From an uncultured virus (IMG/VR IMGVR_UViG_3300017923_000003) (lineage: Duplodnaviria > Heunggongvirae > Uroviricota > Caudoviricetes): a DNA stretch of 64,000 bases. Of the stretch, positions 59,901 to 64,000 are shown one piece after another (positions within the stretch are counted from its first letter, which is position 1; every line of letters begins with the position of its first letter). Position numbers and translations under genes: made by a program. The notes under the pieces are model-generated. The model was given only the letters and a program-made list of their open reading frames with translations. It was not told the DNA's origin and did not search any database. The stretch spans positions 1-64,000 of the IMG/VR virus record IMGVR_UViG_3300017923_000003, one strand, 5' to 3'.

Positions 59901-62900
59901 AATCTGGTTGTGGTTTATTGACAGCTGCAATGGCTGTATCAAATATACTTGATGTTGAAATAAAACCAGATGAACTAACAAATATAGCTAAAAAATATAA
60001 AGTCAAAAATGACGGTATATCTTTTGGTTTCTTCAGAGATGTTGGATACAGATTCGATATCTCAACTAACATATTCTCAAGAGAAGAGGTATCCCTTAAA
60101 GCATTAGATAATACCATATCAAGTGGTGCAATGGTTATCTCTTTATATGAAGATAAGTCGGGTTCCCTACATTATATATTAGTAAGAAACGGTAAGCAAA
60201 AACATTTTGCTGTAGATGATCCGATGAGAGGCAAAGGAATCGATATACCAAAAAATCTAATATATGCTAAATCTAGAAACTTCATTGTATTCTATCCAGA
60301 TACAGCATCTGAATCTAAAGAAAGAGATAATGAATTAAAAAATTCAAAATCTATAAAGGAATTTTTCGGTGGTATGTTTAAAAAAAGTGGACTATCTAAA
60401 AAGATTTCTGATTTAGATGTCATGGGTAGTTTAAATAAATTATCCAGTAAAGTATCAAACACCACAATGGAAAGTGTATTAAGTGATATCCAAAAGTCAG
60501 ATACAGTTGTGGATATGAACGAATACAAAAAAGCTGCCGGTGGTGGTTCTGTACAAAAAAGAAATGAAGAGATATCAGAATCACCTATCAAAAAGTTCTC
60601 AAATAAAATAATGAGAAAACAAGAAGAACTTTTAAATGGTGTTGCATACAATATAGAATACATTAAAAGATTACTGGTTGGTCAATTTGGTGATTTGGAT
60701 CCTTCACTAAGACCAGATAAAGAAGGTGTGTTCGGTGGTGTATTCAAAAAAAGAAATGCCTTAATGTTAAAATTTAAAAATATGATGGGTAATTTCAAAG
60801 ACCAATATATATCACCCATAACTGATTACTTGGGTAAGATAAAAGAGAATATAACCAAACCATTTACATTTTTAAAGAACCTACCATCAACTATCAAGGA
60901 CAAAATAGATGGTCTGTTACCCTCCAAAGAGGATATCAAAAACAAATGGAACGAATACACTGATAAATTAAAAGACTTAAGTGAAACGGTTTATCTATAT
61001 GGTTTAGAATTCAAAGATAAGTTATCTGATGCAGCTAAATCTATGAAAGAATCCGCTATAGAATTCATGAAAGATATGAAAAAGAGATCTGCCTCGGCTT
61101 GGGAAAGATGGAAAGAAGACATCTACCCATCAATTAAAGAGTCAATGGGTGAGTTTAAAGAAAGAGGAAAAGAATTCTTCACATCAGCTAAGGAACATTT
61201 AGCAAGTGGTATCTCTAAATTGTGGGGTGGAATAAAATCTGCTGGTAAGTGGGGTTTGGATAAAGCACTATCTGTTGGTAGTTTATTTTCTGATAAAGCT
61301 GGAAAGATAAAAGATAAGTTATTTTCCAAAAGGGTTCAGAAAGTATATGTTGATGGTGGTCATCTAGATGCTATTGGTGCTGTGGGTGCTATCGATGCTG
61401 ATGCTTACAATGCAGCCAAAGATGATTTAGATAAAACTGAGAATGCACAAAACCACGAAGGTAGAGATATTGATTTTGATTCTTCTACGGCTTTAACGGT
61501 TGCCGATAGACAACAGGAAATGGACATTTCAAATGAATCCAAAAGAACATCTTTACTTGGAAAAATAAAAGATAAACTCGGAAGTAAAAAAGGAAGTAAA
61601 GATGAAGGTGGGTTAATAGATGGTGTTTTACAAGAATCCATAGCTGAATTATTAGGTGGAACTGTCGGTGGTACTGTTGCCGGTGTCGCCACCAATGCTG
61701 TTGCAACTCACGGTGCTGGAGGAATATTGGCTGGTGCAGGTATGGCAGCTTCTGGTGCGGCTGGTGCTGGTATGAGTGTCTGGGATGCCATTAAAGGTTT
61801 TATTCATGCAAGCGATATGCTTGATAAAGATGTTGATGAAACCACATTTATAGATAAGGTGCTAACTGGTATGTCATCTGTTCTAGGTGGTACAGGTGAT
61901 GGTGTATCAAATATTGTTTGGAATGCAGTTAAGTGGGGATTAATAGGTACAGCTATAGGACCAGGGGTCGGTACAATAGCTGGTGCAGTATTGGGTGCTG
62001 GTATGGGTGCCGTAAATGGTTCAAGGATAGCTAAATTCCAAACCGGAGTAAAAGATGCTATTTTTGGGTTTGGTAGTAAAATAACAACAAGTGTCAAAGA
62101 ATTCTTTGTCGGTAATGATGGAGAAGGCGAAGATGCTAAAAAAGGTATCTTTGAGAAAATGGGTGAAAATGACGGGATAGTTGGTGCAATAAAAGGTGGT
62201 GCAGCTGGTGGTGCAATGGGTGGTCCATTGGGATTACTTATTGGTGCTGGTGTTGGTGCTTATGGTCCAGGTAAATTCTTAAAGAAAATTGCCAACCCAA
62301 TTGAAACAATCGGTGATGTTGGTGGATGGATCGGTGATAAACTAATAGGTATCAAAGATGCAATCTGGGATTCTAAATTTGGCTCTTTCCTAGAAGCTGC
62401 TGGAAAAACTGCCGGTGATGTTGTAGACCAATTCATTAATGTTGACGAGATAGTCCAGGGTGTTAAAGAGAATGTGGAAGAAGCTAAATTAAAGATATCC
62501 GATACAGCTCAATCCATAAAAGATGGTTTACATGAAAAGATAGTCAAACCACTAGATGATAATATAGTAAGTCCTGTTCAAGAATCATTTACTGAATTCA
62601 AAAACAAAATAGTCGGTATAGGTGATAATGTAAAATCAAAGGTTGAAACAGCCTATGATGAATTTACCAAAAAAGTCACTGACTTGGGTGATGCCATATA
62701 TGATAACACAATAGGTAAGGTTAAAGAATCATTTGAAACCATTGCTGAAAAGTTGGGCGAATTTAAAGATACAATTGTAGAGATTGTAACAAACCCTGGT
62801 GACTTTATTAAAAAGACTGCAGGTGGTTTTATAAATAGATATACACCTAACTGGATGCAAAGTGCATACCAAAACACAACCGGGTTCTTTGGTAATATTG

Positions 62901-63991
62901 GAAATACATTCTCCAATGTATGGGGTGCTTTAGGAAACTTTGGTAGTTATTATGATCAAGCCGAAGCTAAAAGAGGAAGGGGTCAAACCCAACCTATTAT
63001 GGGTCCAAGTGGTTACCCTGCAGCACATGGTGATGGTAGAGATAATTTTGTTAACCAAAAATCCAATAAGTTTAAAAACTTAATGATCGGTTCTAAGAAA
63101 TTCTCTAATAGTGGTTGTGCACCATCTGTATTATCAATGCTCCTTTCTAATTATGGTAAAAAGGTTCCAGTTGAAGTCCTAGCTAAAGATGCTGCACCTT
63201 ACACAAGTAACGGCGGTGTTGTTATAGATTACTTTAAACACCAATTCGAAAAACATAATTTAGAAGGAGATATGTATACTGAAAATATACCTGATCTAAT
63301 GAATAATATGGCAGAAGGATCACAATCCGTGTTATTAACCAAAGCACAAAACGGAAATGACCATTATGTTCTGGTTAAAAAATCTGGTGGAAAATTGATG
63401 TTATTTGATCCACTTAAAAACAACACCAAAATGATTTCAGTAAACGACAAAATAATAAGAGATGCTTCATTAGCTTATATGTCTCAACCTAAAATGGACC
63501 CCGAGAAGATGTTTAGTTTAAGTGATTTTAAAACCAGAGTTGGGGCAGGATTAGGTGCAGGTGTTGATTTATTAACTGGACAAAAAAGAGATAAGATAAA
63601 ATCCATGGTCAACACACAAAGAGCAGATCAACTAAATAAGATAAGAAGTCTAAAAGACAGGGTATCTTATGGTAGGGATATCGAAAGAGAAATAAATAAT
63701 ACCACTTATAATAATTCCTCTAATTCTGAAACTATAAAAGACTTATCAGTTGATAATTCTAAAGTTGAAGAGAAATTAGATACTCTAATAGATGAGATTA
63801 AAAAATTGGCCGGAGTGTTCTCAACAGTAGGTAAAGAGATAGTTCAAAACTCCAACACCAATAATATAACCAGCAACAATAACACAAATAATGTTAATGC
63901 TGGTGGTAAAGATGAACAGAATTTAGACAAAAATAAAAGAGATTCATTTATGGAAACAATCAACAAAATATCATCAGGGGTCTTAACTTAA
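56915..63991 (+). CDS. Tape-measure-like tail protein with two C39-like cysteine peptidase domains
   Basis: 2358 aa, helical with Gly/Ala-rich TM-like stretches. Q...SGCG...HYI...DP near 59830-60280 and Q...SGCAP...HYV...FDP near 63045-63480. Confidence 0.75.
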   Translation: MAYIKNLKKSFEYLVKDLSESYAPNTMEAGRNLNKTLQDSKKLYHKSGSIRNVKKQILNTSMFRDINNASRKYFKELKRGNVYKGKDQAFEEQMGLSNVNDMIYDDGEGDDIPQGGSVSVDDEQASGRTNINTSSDTNEDSGLLGKLRQNNSVKDGMDMKTPDAVIDSNEALALSLSDVMQALHIDSKIASNIHFDKLDNKMDTMNDNLETLVKFNDEIQKDFIDKTTKFYQDHMSLMTEIRSILEENVVIEENPMGQMMGGQNKNRGMMDFIREGNYKGAAQDAGYKLLNAMDPTGSFAMMASMAPTFMQEYMSNPSMILKDVTEAGLNRFLGFDVVEKLDGLFDQAKAGKNSLFNKMSLSDNKLVKMLGDTLRDKGDINRGIQTGNYNKGRTFFDGVTKKAITEVIPTYLRKILSTLSGNEEMVFNYDTGQYKDVSEVAKEFYDMRPDFKGQYGRITSLVESNLDKDRVGEVDSDALEATMTKITDNLLDRSYTLDDMSVMKYNKFINMMGMSPDEISKSEYQLIRNAIMKAKSGKDQTSASEFRDIQNAMGDYNVQMSDYYAEQSQRANMTGVNTLVDGSFRSQSYGVNGMGSNGEPLAEDDKRKYKSLSQYDPTRNRKDLSEMGNNFDINMTEEDKKVLEESYDKFNTLDYINASMMGVTNLPFLDKIGVNDIKEIKEWKDNNPYDLDNIIKSGGQSIDDIHSSYMDNKLGQILTGVKDATDDFESPNINIEDEKDIEDEVTKQLSKGVSKLFSKAAGSPSSNPAVEALKSGGGSSGDDGWDLFKDYNPNVMKGLDFGAGAMGGIGIGAIASTVLTGSPFMGTMLTSLIGIGSGMMANNSKLKERLFGAKNKDKSMITNISEKFFGKERTDKIHKSIMDAYKGFKDTFLTPIGEWLKKPINWVKGKLGIGDDMTEPKSENISQTDSVNLDEIDNEVKRDDEGEEYGEGVNRVKGLYSGKSNRALFGKGIHFFSQKDGDYSSIPLSGGSTVGESGCGLLTAAMAVSNILDVEIKPDELTNIAKKYKVKNDGISFGFFRDVGYRFDISTNIFSREEVSLKALDNTISSGAMVISLYEDKSGSLHYILVRNGKQKHFAVDDPMRGKGIDIPKNLIYAKSRNFIVFYPDTASESKERDNELKNSKSIKEFFGGMFKKSGLSKKISDLDVMGSLNKLSSKVSNTTMESVLSDIQKSDTVVDMNEYKKAAGGGSVQKRNEEISESPIKKFSNKIMRKQEELLNGVAYNIEYIKRLLVGQFGDLDPSLRPDKEGVFGGVFKKRNALMLKFKNMMGNFKDQYISPITDYLGKIKENITKPFTFLKNLPSTIKDKIDGLLPSKEDIKNKWNEYTDKLKDLSETVYLYGLEFKDKLSDAAKSMKESAIEFMKDMKKRSASAWERWKEDIYPSIKESMGEFKERGKEFFTSAKEHLASGISKLWGGIKSAGKWGLDKALSVGSLFSDKAGKIKDKLFSKRVQKVYVDGGHLDAIGAVGAIDADAYNAAKDDLDKTENAQNHEGRDIDFDSSTALTVADRQQEMDISNESKRTSLLGKIKDKLGSKKGSKDEGGLIDGVLQESIAELLGGTVGGTVAGVATNAVATHGAGGILAGAGMAASGAAGAGMSVWDAIKGFIHASDMLDKDVDETTFIDKVLTGMSSVLGGTGDGVSNIVWNAVKWGLIGTAIGPGVGTIAGAVLGAGMGAVNGSRIAKFQTGVKDAIFGFGSKITTSVKEFFVGNDGEGEDAKKGIFEKMGENDGIVGAIKGGAAGGAMGGPLGLLIGAGVGAYGPGKFLKKIANPIETIGDVGGWIGDKLIGIKDAIWDSKFGSFLEAAGKTAGDVVDQFINVDEIVQGVKENVEEAKLKISDTAQSIKDGLHEKIVKPLDDNIVSPVQESFTEFKNKIVGIGDNVKSKVETAYDEFTKKVTDLGDAIYDNTIGKVKESFETIAEKLGEFKDTIVEIVTNPGDFIKKTAGGFINRYTPNWMQSAYQNTTGFFGNIGNTFSNVWGALGNFGSYYDQAEAKRGRGQTQPIMGPSGYPAAHGDGRDNFVNQKSNKFKNLMIGSKKFSNSGCAPSVLSMLLSNYGKKVPVEVLAKDAAPYTSNGGVVIDYFKHQFEKHNLEGDMYTENIPDLMNNMAEGSQSVLLTKAQNGNDHYVLVKKSGGKLMLFDPLKNNTKMISVNDKIIRDASLAYMSQPKMDPEKMFSLSDFKTRVGAGLGAGVDLLTGQKRDKIKSMVNTQRADQLNKIRSLKDRVSYGRDIEREINNTTYNNSSNSETIKDLSVDNSKVEEKLDTLIDEIKKLAGVFSTVGKEIVQNSNTNNITSNNNTNNVNAGGKDEQNLDKNKRDSFMETINKISSGVLT

Positions 63992-64000
63992 AGCCCCTGT

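Noticed and set aside
61600..62270. GGTGCT/GGTGCA-rich repeats as a DNA repeat element
   Set aside because: They simply encode Gly/Ala-rich segments of the tape-measure-like protein.

Overview
A 64-kb, very AT-rich segment of a jumbo myophage of the AR9/PBS1-phiKZ type, which encodes two multisubunit RNA polymerases. Strong GGAG/GGTG ribosome-binding sites, an amidase_3 endolysin, a YneA-like LysM protein and many acidic proteins suggest a Firmicute host, possibly halophilic (inference). The window encodes four RNAP subunit pieces, a family-B DNA polymerase subunit, portal, tail sheath and tube, baseplate proteins, a 2358-aa tape-measure-like protein with two C39 peptidase domains, a GroEL-like chaperonin, helicases, PhoH, ChaB and a dcd/thyX/tmk nucleotide set. 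Three group I introns, with splice sites inferred to the base, interrupt conserved active-site motifs: RNAP beta (KDD|APR), RNAP beta' (NGDH|DGD) and DNA polymerase (QKD|TKIIMNTLYG). Each carries an HNH homing endonuclease. Two of these are antisense to their intron and have phage promoter motifs built into the ribozyme sequence. Two promoter classes are visible: TTATATATTAT (early-type) and AACA(A)-N5/6-TR (late, AR9-type). The most unusual unexplained elements are two structured non-coding transcription units (about 1384-1812 and 11727-11891) carrying anti-Shine-Dalgarno tracts, some complementary to RBS regions of early genes in the window. There is also an expanded family of uncharacterised paralogues. 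All calls come from motif reading only; no database searches or folding programs were run.
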